Assembly: GCF_001949145.1 (NCBI RefSeq)
Contig: NW_019091358.1
Coordinates: 992,961-1,056,960 of the forward strand
Reading direction: 5' to 3'
Source: Acanthaster planci
Taxonomy: Eukaryota
DNA length: 64,000 bases
The position numbers and the translations under genes were made by a program. The notes below the pieces were generated by a model. That model was not told the DNA's origin and ran no database searches. It was given only the letters and a program-made list of their open reading frames with translations. Positions 12,801-25,674 of this stretch are shown here, piece after piece. Positions within the stretch are counted from its first letter, which is position 1. Each line of letters begins with the position of its first letter.

Positions 12801-15540
12801 TTTACCAGTCACCGTACATTGTACCATTACCGAGGCGCCTCGTAAACTATAGACTAAACTCCGCCGGTTTTCGACGGATTTTGTGGTCCCTTTGTCATTT
12901 TGCCGGTATGATACCGTTGATACTATTTTTTATCACCGTAACGGTTTGTCGTGCAACAAGACATGTCACAATCCTGTTTTCCTTGCTTTCTTTTTTTAAA
13001 CAGACGAATACAATGCCGCGGTAGTACACACGATAGAAACATCCATTCTTTTATAATAGGCCTACCATGAAACAAGATACAGTTGAAGACATGGGGCACA
13101 ATCAGGAAAGTAAATTCAGTTCTGGATATACCTAATGCGGGGTATATTGTTCTGTCACATTACAGAATGTTTCGGATGTGCACTTGATCTCTTTCCGAAA
13201 TCACGTGAGGAAATGTCGTCCGAGGATCTTTTAAGTTATTTTGGTCCACGGCAGCAAAGGAAGCCGAGTTAAATCATCATCCTTACAGCCTTAAGGACAA
13301 CAGGGGACAGAATCTCGGCAGTGCAAATCGTGCATCGTGTTTGCTGCGGAACCTTCCAAACTTCTTCGGGTGTTTAATAAATGGTAGATTATACCAACCA
13401 TTCCCACCCCCCGCGTGTGCTCAAAGTGATGGCTTGCTTCTTACCGCAAAGCCGGAACTTATAAATCAAAGAAAGGGCCCTTCCGAGAATTCCTTTAATC
13501 TGACTATATATACATGTACTTTCGCTAGAGGCTGCTCAAGCTATCTGATTTTATTTTCTCTCCATCAATAACGACAATAAATAAACCAGGCAGCCTATTC
13601 AGAAGAAAGAACATTTCACGTTGTTGAAAACACGAAAGAACCATTTCATTGGCCTCTTTTCCCAAACTTAAGGCTCATGTTTGTAAAGGGGGGATTTGAA
13701 CACGTTCTACTTCTAACTTACTGCGACACAAAAGTTCTTGTGCGACACGCTCATCCTACAAAAAATATCCATGTCTCCTTGAAAAAGCTCCCTTTGTGAC
13801 CTGCTGAGGCATAATGAGTACTAACCTCCGATTTTGACTTACTGAGATGTATGACAAGAAAGAGTAAGCAATGGGCTTTCCAGTGATACCATAATTTAAA
13901 CGACTGTTGAATGACTCTTTCATCCAAAAGAACCCTCTCCCAAGAAGAAGGTGCACTATGGACTGGTACTGTTTCGATTCATGTAATAATTGTTACAGGT
14001 GTCGGGGCGGGCGAGTTGCTCCACAGTCCCCGATGGATATCCACTGGTTCAGGGGCAGTGGCGGCTTCGCTAGTACAGAATTTTTTCACCTCGCCGGCCG
14101 ATCTTCTGGAGCTCAGCAGCCCCACGTAAACATCTATCGGCGGCCGTTACGGGAGAGCTGCCACGGTCATTTTCTCATGATTTAAGAGCTCGTTTGGGGT
14201 GTTTTCGTGGACTCTTGCAGTCTTGGCCTGATATTAAACTCAGTGGAAGGTCACCACAGCGGAGGAAATTTGCCTTGATCAGGAGCTCACGGATGAACAC
14301 ATCTCCATTCAGACTACGACTCTGCCGATGCCCCCACTTAACTGACTAGTGGTGCAACATACAAATTACGGGTGACATCACAATGACAGAAGAAGCGATT
14401 ACACAAGCAGTTAACGGTTATCATGGATGGCCCTGCGGCCACTGCACTAATTATGAGTTGTGTGTCTCCTCATTTCTTAGCAGGGAGGAGAACCTTTTTA
14501 TGATGTTGTTAAGGAGCACATATCGCCGGTTTCAGTGCTCAAGGCATTTCCATTATTACCCTGTCAACTGGGCCATTTTCCCTACACCAGAGAAATATGC
14601 TTCTTAAGAACTGTTCATATCAGAACAAAATGACAACCATTTTTTGTCCTCAAGCTTAGTGTCTAAACTAAAGCTTTATACACAAACTGAATAACTTCAG
14701 TTTTGTGTGGGTTTTTTCGGAGAACAAGAGATAGAGAAACAACATTGTTAATTAATAGCAACAGTACCAAATATTTAAGTACCGGGCGTTAAATGCTCCT
14801 GCCATAATTATTGTGAAGGAAAAATATTTGCCAAACAAATCTGGAACTCCAAATCACTTTCAAGATGCTCACGATGAAACAAAATTTGTAAATTTAAAGT
14901 ATGAATCCAAAAATTATGAAGTCAGATGAGATTGCTGGTAAAAACCAAATACAGTGATACAAAAGCGGTTAAATTCCATAGGACAGACAGAAACTCATGC
15001 TCACAGGGAACATAAAGGTTCAGAAATAGATCCCAAACCAACTACTCGCAGGGAATCCTGTTCGTTGTCAAATATATCTAAGCAATACTTCATATGCAGT
15101 CATTTTGGTGAAAAGGATTGAGTTTCATAAACCTAATTATACTTTTTGACAGAGACTATATGATGTTCAATGCGTTCAGCGTGCCTCATTTGTTCCACTG
15201 AACAGCCTCTGCAGCATAGGACACGCCATTTATGCTTCCGTAAATTTTCAGCGCAATCTCAATGTCCTTTTGATCAAACAGAAATCAGAGATTTTTATTT
15301 TGTGTTGAGCAATCTATTTGGATTTTTTAGACAACTTTCAAGTTTTATTTACTGATATATGTAAAGCATTACTTTATTTTCTGTAGCTTTTGTCTACAAT
15401 ATTATCCTTCCTTCAGACATAAAGGTACAAGCCATATCAACGATTAGAGTTTGATTCACGATGAAACCGAGTATAAAGTTACATTGGTGGTCGATAATTT
15501 CACGTTGGACATATCCGACTGTAACTTAAACAGTATGGAG

Positions 15541-15909
15541 TAATTCCAATTACGGGTTTTGCCCTGACATACTCATAAACACTGCATTACTCAGTGCTTG
15601 AGCCGAGAGCCGAGAGCTTGACAAAAACATCCACAAGCTTACTCGGGTGAGACTCGAACCCACGACCTCCTTCTAACTAGTGCAGACGTGTTAACCACTC
15701 GACCACCGAGCTTGCCGGAGTCGGCTCGCCGGTCCAAATCAGATGTAGCAGCGGGTACTGTAAACTATTTCAAGACGTCTGCGCTTGTAAGCAGCAGGTC
15801 TTGGGTTTGAGTCCACCCAAGTAAGCTTGTAATTTTTCACAAGCTCTCGGAGAAGCACTGAGTATACAGTGTTATGAGTGTGTAAGGGCAAAACCCGTGA
15901 TTAGAATTA
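15541..15909. mobile_element. tRNA-derived repeat present as two inverted copies (full minus copy plus 5'-truncated plus copy)
   Basis: 15541-15688 is the diverged reverse complement of 15774-15909. Minus strand 15641-15711 reads as a tRNA-like unit with A box TGGTCGAGTGG and B box GGTTCGAGTC. The plus copy at 15774-15822 keeps a degenerate B box (GGTTTGAGTCC). Confidence 0.85.
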
Positions 15910-18900
15910 ACATCTCCCCAACGTAAGTAGGCCTACATCTTGAAAAAGATGGAGTAACCAACGGCAAGATGGCATGAGAATAATTCGAATCATTATGTTA
16001 CATCAGTTAAAAACACTGTTTTGAATCGTAGTTGACGTTTTGTCGATAGGGAAAAACAATCCACTGTCAAGTGTCACAAAAGCCAATAAGCCACCTCCCA
16101 TCACATCACACACACGCTAGATTGCGTTTGTGAACAAAACTCTACCCTAGCCGAGAGCCACGGCTACCCCTCATCCACTCGCGCTGTTCTCCCTCACATT
16201 CCATGATGCAAGCAACTGTATTCTTGTTTACACCATGGAGGAAGGTTTGTGTTCCATCTTCCATGTTTACGCCCAACTCCAATCCTGTTGTCAACAGCCC
16301 GTGTCTTTCGATAAAGTGAATGTCCCGGCTGTAAGCCTCGCCCGGAGGGTAAGGGAGGTGGAATGCACAATGTACGCAACAAACCCACAAAAAAAGCAAA
16401 GAATTCTAAGCCACCTAATTCAGCCACCAAAAACCCGCCTGTGAAACCACACGTGAATCACGTATTTTTCAGCCCCAGAAATGTGGGGACTTTTTTCTCT
16501 CTTCGTCCTCACACAATCAATAACATCGTGTCTAACTCCCCAAAAATGTTGCCGTACAGTCATTACAAAAAATGTGACCCAGGGGGTAGCGAGCGGGACC
16601 AGACGCATTTAGACTGCCTTCCGTTGTAGGCACGTTACCGGGTACGTCGGCTTCAAGTTCACCATCAATTAGGTTGAATGATTAGACATGGGGCAGGTGC
16701 ATTGGCCTCTGCGTTCATTGACCTGACCACAATTGCTCCCTCTGTGCGGTACACATACCCCTAACGTCTTCTTGGCAAGGCATTTAGCCAGTCGCGCTGT
16801 TCGGTTAGGTAATGGTAATGATTGACCAGAATCCAGACCCGGGCTCCCCCGTCGAGAGGGGCTGGCATGAAAAATGACCCGTCCCTGACCAGGCCTGTGA
16901 ATCCATTGACCTACCTTACTGACCGGCGTCAAGGCCTTTATCATCATTCTTTTCGGACCGGTCAGTCCGGCTGGTCATTCGGAACATAAAGGCCTCATGT
17001 CATCCTTGGCCTGGCCAGACTGACCCCTCGCGATAACTAGCCGCAACATTCTTACGTGGCCATTGGACAACTGGTCATAACAAGCTGGCCGAAGGGTCTC
17101 AATGCAAACTGACCACACACTTCACCATGACCTGAGTGAACTAATTCAGATTGACGGGCCAGTTATTAGGAATTCCACAACCATGGCTATTTTTGCTGGC
17201 ATGCAAAGCTCACGTGTTACAACTAGCGATCTGATAGTCATCACAGAACTAACAGTCGCCTTTTATCATTAACAGAAGAGATCGATCAACCACTATACAC
17301 GCTTATAATTAATACATCTAGACAAAAATAGCCCTGGGACCTCCTAAAAGTGTGGGGTCTTTTAGTTTGGCGTGGGTGGATAATGATTAAAACCAGCAGA
17401 GATAACGCGCTGAAAAAATTCATTGATATTTTCTAGCTCTGAACTCTAAGCCGATGTGCGTTAGGCAATTGGATTTTATGACACAGCTTGGCAGTTTATT
17501 GTCACTGAAAGCTAAATGGTGTGTGAGTAATTCAGTACAAGAGACATAGGACGCTCAGCACATAAAAAACTGGCTGCCATTCAACCATATCATACGCAAA
17601 CATTTCTACTGAGCTGTTTTGAAGAAAAAACCAAACCCTTCATTGTCAAGAAATGGCAAGTAAAAGTGTGGTATGATGGTGGTTTATAAAATGAATACCT
17701 CATTTTACTTCGATGGAAATATTCAACCAGCCAATTGAAAGCGAAGGATGCAAGGCGAGAAGCAGCGTTACAGATATTGGGCAACAATCACGCGTAGCTA
17801 GGTTAAGTGAACTGTGGATCAGGCGGCCGTGGGTCGAAACCTTTTCAATGGATTCCAAGAATTACCACAGAGGAGCGCGGCCGCGCACGGCCGACTGGTC
17901 GGGATAGAGTTACAAACAAATCCATCCATTGTCTCGTGTCAGTCCCGCACCCGCAGCAGTAAAACATCGCTTCCGTGACCTGAGTTGACCGGCGATTCTG
18001 GTCAAGGTGAGAGGGGTTGATTGTAAAGTGAGCTTATCGCGATAGGCCTGGAATCTGACCAGATTTTTTCTTAAAGCATGAATCTTGCCCCTGACCGCGT
18101 CTATGGTTACGCCAATAATGTTGCCGGTTCGCAATCCCCACTGTCCTGCTGCAAGGGAGCGATTGCACGCCTACGGCCTGGGGTGTTTTTCTATTTCTCC
18201 AAAGCAAGCTTGGCCTACCTGCGCGACCTCATGTGAGGTCAGCCACGTAACACGTCACGTGGCCTTATTAACAGCTGCTGATGGACTGAATAATGAGTCT
18301 CCAAAGCCTGTCCTTGGTTGCAGGAATAATTACGAGGAAGAAGGTGATCGGTTCAGTTATAATTACGTGACAACAACTCGTGGGGCGACAGACTGCCTTT
18401 CAAAGGCCGAAATGAACAGGAAGAAACGTAACTGATTACACACGGTGTTTCACAATCCACTAATGAACTGAACTGCGAGCTGTGACTTGATGTAGGAAGT
18501 TGGTTGTTTATAATGTAAAACATCATAAATGTCACAAGTCCATCCACAAAGAAAGTTGGACTGACACTTTTTGAACTGGTACTATATCTATAAAACCTGA
18601 AAGGCTTCAAATTTTTGGGCTCCGTTGGGCACTGTTACGGCGCCATTTAATGAATTTGGCGCTGTACATACAAGACTAAACCTTATCGCTATGATAATTA
18701 TAAGTAAATAATTACGCCAATCGATCAATAAAGGAATGAAATGGTCATACGATCAATTGTATCACTTTCATATCAAACGGCTTATGATTATTGTTATTGT
18801 GATGTGCGAACAGACGACATGCAATACAGGGTAATGGGCGTATTTTGCTAATGCCTCCAAATTTGCAATAGAAGCAGCCGAACAAGGATCCAAAAGTTCA

Positions 18901-20935
18901 ATGCTTAGGTGCTGTGGTGGAGGGTACCAAGTTTGGGGCAATTTCCTAGTAATTTAAAATGTCACCAGTTGAGGCTGTTACATACATCACGGCGGCATTT
19001 CCCACATTAGATCTGTTTGGAACTTCTAACCAAAGTCAGGTCTGCCGAGTGGCGAGCCACTTGGTCTGGGAACATATACCGGGGAATTATCATCGACAGT
19101 CAAGAAGCACTGACTGCGAAAACACATTTAACTCGGATGGCAAATATTTACACTTTAATATATCTCACACAGTCGTTCCGTTACAGATTTTTTTAAAGAA
19201 TGAAAGTAATAGACTCCTGGCATGGCCATACCAAATACATGTATGTAATCACCGTTACAACAGGTCCTCCTTTGCCCGCTCGGTGCATGATATCGCGTTC
19301 AGCCAGACGAACACCTTTCTTTAATTTGCGCCACAGCTACACTGCCTAATTGAACCGTTGGCAGCTCTGTTAGCTGCGACTAAGAACGGCCCGTTCCCTG
19401 ACTATAGACACTCGCACATCGCACCCTTCCTTATCCCAAAATGATGAACCTGTGGGAAGGTGAGTTTCGTGACTAACCCAAAATGCCATAGCTCTGAAAT
19501 AAATTCAAAATGTTTCACATTAAGTTGCAGTCTCTCTCTAAAAGAAAATATCCCTTCGACATATTAAATTAGTGAGTGAACTACCAGAAGCTTACGTAGA
19601 CAGTTCCTAAGTTCTTGAAAGACAGACTTTTGTTCGATTGCAAAGAAGAAAGTCAAAAGACAACAAAATTCCTCTTACGAATTGTCTTAAATCAAAATCA
19701 AACACGATACAATAACACTATTTACCCTAAAAGATTCCGAGCGAAACCTAATTGAGAACTTAAAGCACGCAACATTATAGCACCACGCATACACTGGAAT
19801 GCTGTGAGATAACCATATACATGTATAACATAAAATCTTCATGTGCAGCAGCATTTACCGTCTGGTGCATTATTACAAACGCACGAAGGGCAAGACTGAT
19901 TTTGGTTCCATTTACAGGCAGGTCGGCATTCGTCATTGGTCGTGATTAGACGGGTTATGTAACGTAGCCCGGCCTTAACCTGCTATATGGGCTCACGTTC
20001 TGTTTGTAACTGTTGGTACGGCAAGACCCACAGGCAATCAATCCTACTGTCTCGCTCGTGACTGCTCTCAGCCACTGGCGAAACCATTGTAGTGAAATTA
20101 CGACATGCCAATCAGTCAGTACCAGACGAAAACAGTATACTCCAATACCTATAAACCAAGTATCCACGATCACTTGCTTTGAAACGTCAAACCCAAAAAT
20201 AGTGTTGTTGTTGGAAAACAGTATTGACTGCGTGTGATAACGGCGGTGGATTTACTGCACTTCACTGACCTGTCGTTAAAACTTCTGCTATAATTTCACT
20301 TCTTTCTGACACTTCTTGATTACAGATATCTTCCCTGAGAGATAAATACATTCTTACACATCTGACCAGTTGGACTAGGCTAGGCAATGACAGTTATCCC
20401 TGGGCAGTATGTTCCACTGCAATGGTCATAATTCCATTTTAAAAACACTTATGAGCTTTGGCTCAACTGTATGTCACAAACGACATTATGCAATTCACTT
20501 TTAAAAATACAAGAGACTTTCACATTTTGCAACTCTTGGAAGTGAGCAGTGCTGTCTCATAAAACTATTTTAAAGCATTTTGAACAATAAGAATAACAAA
20601 TTCCATTGGCGGGATCGAGACCAAAATAACCAAACAATATGGACCAATTGATGTATTGAATACATACATGGTTGAGTTGTGAACATAAACAAGATACTGC
20701 AGTTTCCACTTGAGTTAATGTCTGCGGGGCAAATACATGTCCAGTGCAGTTTCCTCCAACTGCAAAGTCTTTTAACGAAGTGCACCTTTGCTATGTAGTT
20801 TTTCGTGTCGGCAAGGTCTGTGAGCTTGTGCACCATTAGTGCGTTTTTTTCAAACGCACTGCAGCATTCACTCATCAGGCGAAAAACCGACACCGTGGCC
20901 CCGCACAGTATTTCAGTTTCAGAGGTAACAAACCA

Positions 20936-21724
20936 TCAGCAGTTATACACCATGTAATGCAGCCTGCCCATTTCGCTCTTGAGGATGGACACCTCTGCTC
21001 TGAGTTTCATGTTCTCTTGTTCAAGGAACACAGCACGAAGGGCGATCTCTTCCTCTTTTTCTCGGCGGGCGTCACGAGAACGTTTCGCCGCATCGTTGTT
21101 CTTACGTCTCCGGTCCCAGTACGCACTGTCCTTCTTCTCGTCGGGGACGGGACGAACTTTCTTTCTGGAGGGTTCCTGTGGCGGAATGCTACTGTCACCC
21201 TTGTCGGAAGTGGAAACTGCGGCTCGTCTCTTCCTGGACGCAAGAAGTGCCGACAGCCTTAGCGTGGACAGGGACGGCGCTGTACTGTCAGCTGCGACCG
21301 GATAGCTGCCGTACAACGGGTAGGTCGCGGCGGCACTGTAACCCGCGGCGTAATTGGCCGGTGTAAGCGCCGAGCTCCCCTCACCCAGGAAGGAGTACGG
21401 AGACAGCGTGGAGGAGATCGGCAATGACGGGTAGGGGTAGAAAGTTTTGTAGGCAGCGGCGGCCGCGGCAGACGAAGGGGCCGGAAGGCCGCGGTGGCTC
21501 AGATCCAGCGGTTTAGTCCCGACGCTGAACTCGCTCCTCGGGCCGTCCTTGATCGAGCGAGACGGAGCGATCATGTTGGCAACATCGAGGGCGGTCTGCC
21601 TCCTGGTCGTAGCTACCGGTTTGTTGTCCGTGGTGGATTCTGCCTGGTGGTACTCATCCTCTTTAGTCACCATTCTGGCGGTAAAAGGTTCCCCGTGGTC
21701 TTTGCAGATGACTTTCTCTTCCAT
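20936..21724 (-). CDS. giant: PAR-family bZIP transcription factor, giant-like (262 aa, single coding exon)
   Basis: C-terminal [51 protein letters not shown] plus a leucine zipper is a PAR/giant/CES-2 type bZIP. It carries a PLDLS CtBP-binding motif, and an in-frame stop upstream fixes the ATG. Family assignment is secure; giant orthology is by recognition (~0.7). Confidence 0.95.
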   Translation of the reverse strand: MEEKVICKDHGEPFTARMVTKEDEYHQAESTTDNKPVATTRRQTALDVANMIAPSRSIKDGPRSEFSVGTKPLDLSHRGLPAPSSAAAAAAYKTFYPYPSLPISSTLSPYSFLGEGSSALTPANYAAGYSAAATYPLYGSYPVAADSTAPSLSTLRLSALLASRKRRAAVSTSDKGDSSIPPQEPSRKKVRPVPDEKKDSAYWDRRRKNNDAAKRSRDARREKEEEIALRAVFLEQENMKLRAEVSILKSEMGRLHYMVYNC

Positions 21725-22217
21725 TCTATACCGGCTGGGGCCCTGTGCTTAAGTGTCCTGAAACCGATAAAGTGCATACACAAATCCTGTTAAAAAGAGA
21801 AAAAAAAGGCCCCCGTTTCGTCCCATAGGCCTATCTAACCCGACCCGACCCACGCTTGCAACACAATATGAAAGCCTGTTTACCGTGTGAATGACACTTA
21901 ACCCAACCGTGACGATGGACCTACATTTCCACATCACGATTCGTTTTGAATGATTTCACCGCACCTACGGGTTTGTATAACACTACTAACAGCATTCTTG
22001 AACGCTGCAATTCATAGAAGCGTAGACCGTACCATATCGATTTAGTGCAATACTACCAAAAAATATTTCGCACACACAGAGGGGAATTTTTTTAATGTAA
22101 ATTTTGTTATTGCTGTTAATCTACAAGAAACTTAGAAATGCTGCATGGGAACAACTAAAGAGGAGGGGGTACATGCGATGAAAACAGATAAACACAATTC
22201 AAAATGGGTGGACTTAC

Positions 22218-22375
22218 TCTTAGACTGGTGTGGACTGTAACAATGCGTTGCTCTCCGAGTGCTACAACAGATGCAAGGTACCCGCGTTTATTGCAACGCT
22301 CGTGATCGGTGACTCGCAAGATTATTTGCCTAGAATCGTCGCTAATTGCGCACGTTGTCGGTCAACTCGTGTGTC
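22218..22375 (-). other. Non-coding 5'UTR exon 1 of the giant-like gene (intron ~21787-22217)
   Basis: GTAAGT donor on minus starting at 22217. A polypyrimidine+CAG acceptor ends at 21787 (alternative at 21758). A TATA box lies ~30 bp upstream of the inferred start; the TSS position is approximate. Confidence 0.7.
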
Positions 22376-22399
22376 GGGGCTGACCCCAAACTACCTCGG

Positions 22400-22457
22400 T
22401 TTATATAGGCGGCTGGTGATCCGTGCACTTGTGACCTTAGGTGTAGCGGTGACGTCG
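22400..22457 (-). promoter_or_regulatory. Core promoter of the giant-like gene: TATA box, NR half-site and CRE-like site
   Basis: TATATAAA on minus at 22407-22400, TGACCT at 22432-22437, TGACGTCG at 22450-22457. Confidence 0.7.
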
Positions 22458-22936
22458 CACAAAGCACGACCTTAACGCGGTCAACTTGGTCGCAGCGAAT
22501 GACGCCCAGAGTCGGGGCCGGCTTCAACCCTGTAGCTAACTCTGCGACTTGTGTCGGCTGTTACCTAATCTCGCTAATCCCCACCAAGCAAGGCCAAGTT
22601 GTTGGCTCCATTTATCGCATGGTTTGTCGCTTAGGAGCCGACACAGGAGAGCAAAAGGTTATCCGTCCTGTTGTAAACAGTACACATGTAGTCTGAAAAA
22701 TGCGCTGGCTCGCTAGGCCAGCGTTTACGCACGGAAGTCTCCACACGAGTCACATTCCGTTAAGCCATGTACACGATGTTCAGTATACATTGCCGTAATA
22801 AGCCTTGCTGCTGCAAACAACTCCGTTTAAAGTCAAATGAGAATATGTTTACCTCACCATTGAAGAAACGGACTTCTGTGATTATGTACTAGACGAGCAT
22901 CCAATAAAAACATAGGCCTACCATTCAGGGATAAAC

Positions 22937-22946
22937 ATTACGTAAC
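22937..22946. promoter_or_regulatory. Consensus PAR-bZIP D-box ATTACGTAAC
   Basis: Exact match to RTTAYGTAAY about 570 bp upstream of the inferred giant TSS. Confidence 0.55.
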
Positions 22947-24902
22947 AGTACTTTATTTGTCCAGGAATGATGATTATGTTTTTCTCTCAAGTTTTGCTCA
23001 TTGCAGATTCGGCTTGATAATTATAATAGGTCCTCCAGGTATTTTTTTTCAGCACACCAAGACTGTCTAGCGTATTCGTGGCGTGGGAAAACATGTTCAA
23101 AAGTGCATCAATAGCCACATAATGGCTGTTCGTGCACGACGAGTATATTGAAACGCAACCGCCATTGTGCAAACATTGACAGAATCATTTGTCTTTACTT
23201 CGTGATGCTGTGAATGAAGTCTTCCGCGGGACTTGAAAAAAGTGCTTGGGATTTATTAATTAATACCTGCCGGGTTATTGACTGATAGGTTATCATCAAA
23301 GTGGCTGGGCTGCAAGGGGGCAAAATCGGGAAGGGGCCGTTCTCACATCTGCCAAACTGAAGCCCCCAGTCAGTAACGCGGAGCGGCAGGGTCATTAACG
23401 CCTCGGTTGAGTCACTCTGGGTGTTAACAGAGACTCAAACATGGTCGATGAGCCCTTTTGGAGGGAGCCGGTCCGATGGGGGTGTACCTGGTGAGACGTG
23501 AGGGCGCTAGAGGGACCAGAGAAAACGCAAAGGGTTGATATTCCAAGAAATTAGCCAGAGTTGGTCATTCAACCCTTGATTTTCCACCCCTATCATTTCC
23601 ATCCTTGTGCTTTCCCCTCATCCATCCAGGCTCCCATTGACTTGTAACAAATTACACCCTTTTTTTCAAATGCCTTTTCATGAAACTGAAGCAGGCTAGG
23701 ATCGCCCATCCTTATGTGCTATAATTCCACACTAACGCCGATGCCTTGTGAGCTTAATCCCGAGCAGCATGTCTAATTTTATCGAACGGTGCTGTTCCAA
23801 TATAGGGAGTAATCGGGATAGTTTATCTAGGACATCCAGAATGAAACGAATTCAAAGACATTTTTCTTTACTGGAGTTTACATTACAACAGCTAAACCTA
23901 TGTCAGTTGGACAAGATGCTCACAGTGGGCCGCAATATACAAGTAACGGCCTAAGTATACTCAAAAGGTACTGAGGTTTTTGTGAAGAGCGGTAATGTTT
24001 ATAGATTGATAATGAGCCAGTTCGGTTTTCCAACAGCGCATGCCCCAAATAAAGCGCGTCCAAGGTCATTTTTGAAATACCGATCTCGCTTATCAAAAAA
24101 ACACTCTAGTTTTTTCAAGATGTACTTTGCGTCAGGCAGATGTTAATTTGAATATTAATGGACACTGTACACCCAGTGCTTGGTTTTAGATAAAACACTG
24201 AGCACTTGTCTTAATTGTGACGTACATGTACAAGAATGAAGGGACTGACGCCAGAGGAACTTCTAGAATTATACAGACAAAAGAATAATATGTTTTCATG
24301 GTTGAATAGCCACGTTTATATATTTTCTCCTCTAACCCTATAGGCTTACTGATATGAGTGAAACAAGTGGGTCTGGTACCTTTCTTGATACTACATTAGA
24401 TGGAGGACATGTAATTCTCAAGTGGTAAAATTAACTTTATAATTGCCTATGTTATGCCTCTGTTTTTTGGCCAATTTAGTTTCACGAACAGGGCGCACGA
24501 TTAAGGCGCTGTCAACCTTGTAGGGGCTGAAGTCTGTGTCACAGTGTTGCTCCTACAAATTTGGTAAAAAATAATAGGATTATTAAGAAAGGCAAAAATT
24601 TAGCGCGCCCCTCTTCCACCGACATCCACCTTCCTGAACCAGCTGGCTATGCCGTTGCTCCAGTGCCCTGGTTTTTATGGATTTGTCTGGAAGCCTAGTC
24701 GCTCCTGAAAGTATAAGTCGACCCGTTTTCGTCTAGACTCCCATTCACTATTTCAGTGAGGATTGAAAGCGTTGGGGTATTTAAAGACTTCAGAGAAAAT
24801 AAGGATGTAACATAATTGAGCGTATTGTATTCCTCATTGAAATTTCAAATTAACAGTACATAGCCAGGTAGTAGTGCTGTATTCAGCCGTTTGTTTCATT
24901 GT

Positions 24903-24941
24903 GTTTGTTTGTTTGTTGGGTTGTTTGTTTGTTTGTTTGTT
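24903..24941. repeat. (GTTT)n microsatellite, imperfect
   Basis: Visible tetranucleotide run. Confidence 0.9.
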
Positions 24942-25674
24942 CGATTTTGTAAGGAAAAAGACACAATGCATCCGATTTTAAACATCGATGTATCCATCAT
25001 TACATTTGTACCAGTAAAGGGCATTGTTGTATGCATGGTATTACCATCGCAGTTAGATGTTGAGTAGCTGGCGTAGGTAAAAGGCGTTGGATAAATGAGC
25101 GAAGCCTGATAATAAATTACACGGCTTGGTCGGTTTTATTAATAAGATTATCATCTCTTGGCAATGCAGATTCCTAACATGATCCATATGCTGTTTTAAC
25201 GCGGGCTTTTGGCACAGAATTCCATTTCATGGGACGGCTTTTGTGCCTGTAATGATGTGTGCAGGAAACAAAAAGACATTTTGTTAAACAAAGAGAATGT
25301 TTGCTGTTTCCTGCTGTGGTATCATGCACATTTCTGGCGAATCATTCCCGCTGATTTTTGCTCAGCACATACATGTATACATTTGCTAAGCAGTAACGTC
25401 TGATTTGCAGCTTTATAAAATTGGGCGCTGTGGATTTTTAGGCTTTGATCATTTCGTGTGTGTGTTTTATTTTTTCATGCAAAGTACTACCGAAGACCAA
25501 AAAATACAGACATGCATAGCTCTGAACATGTTATTCATAACACCTTGACATACACGCGCATACTTGTTACTGGATTATGTGGACCACAAATGTTGAGTAA
25601 CATGATGGGTAAAACAACACGGAGATAATATTCTCTTCACAACGGGGCGTCGTCTTTCGTATAACAATGTCTCC

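Noticed and set aside
13756..14340. Possible decayed minus-strand coding segment
   Set aside because: Interrupted frames, no recognisable motif, no splice support.
15641..15711. Functional tRNA gene
   Set aside because: The anticodon arm is degenerate and the unit is embedded in a duplicated repeat.
20840..20880. Hammerhead-like CTGATGA...GAAA on minus in the giant 3'UTR (similar at ~11698-11716 on plus)
   Set aside because: Stems I and III and the NUH site cannot be formed convincingly.
20957..21793. Plus-strand ORFs overlapping giant (likewise antisense ORFs over METTL12 and the zinc-finger gene)
   Set aside because: Shadow ORFs of GC-rich coding sequence.
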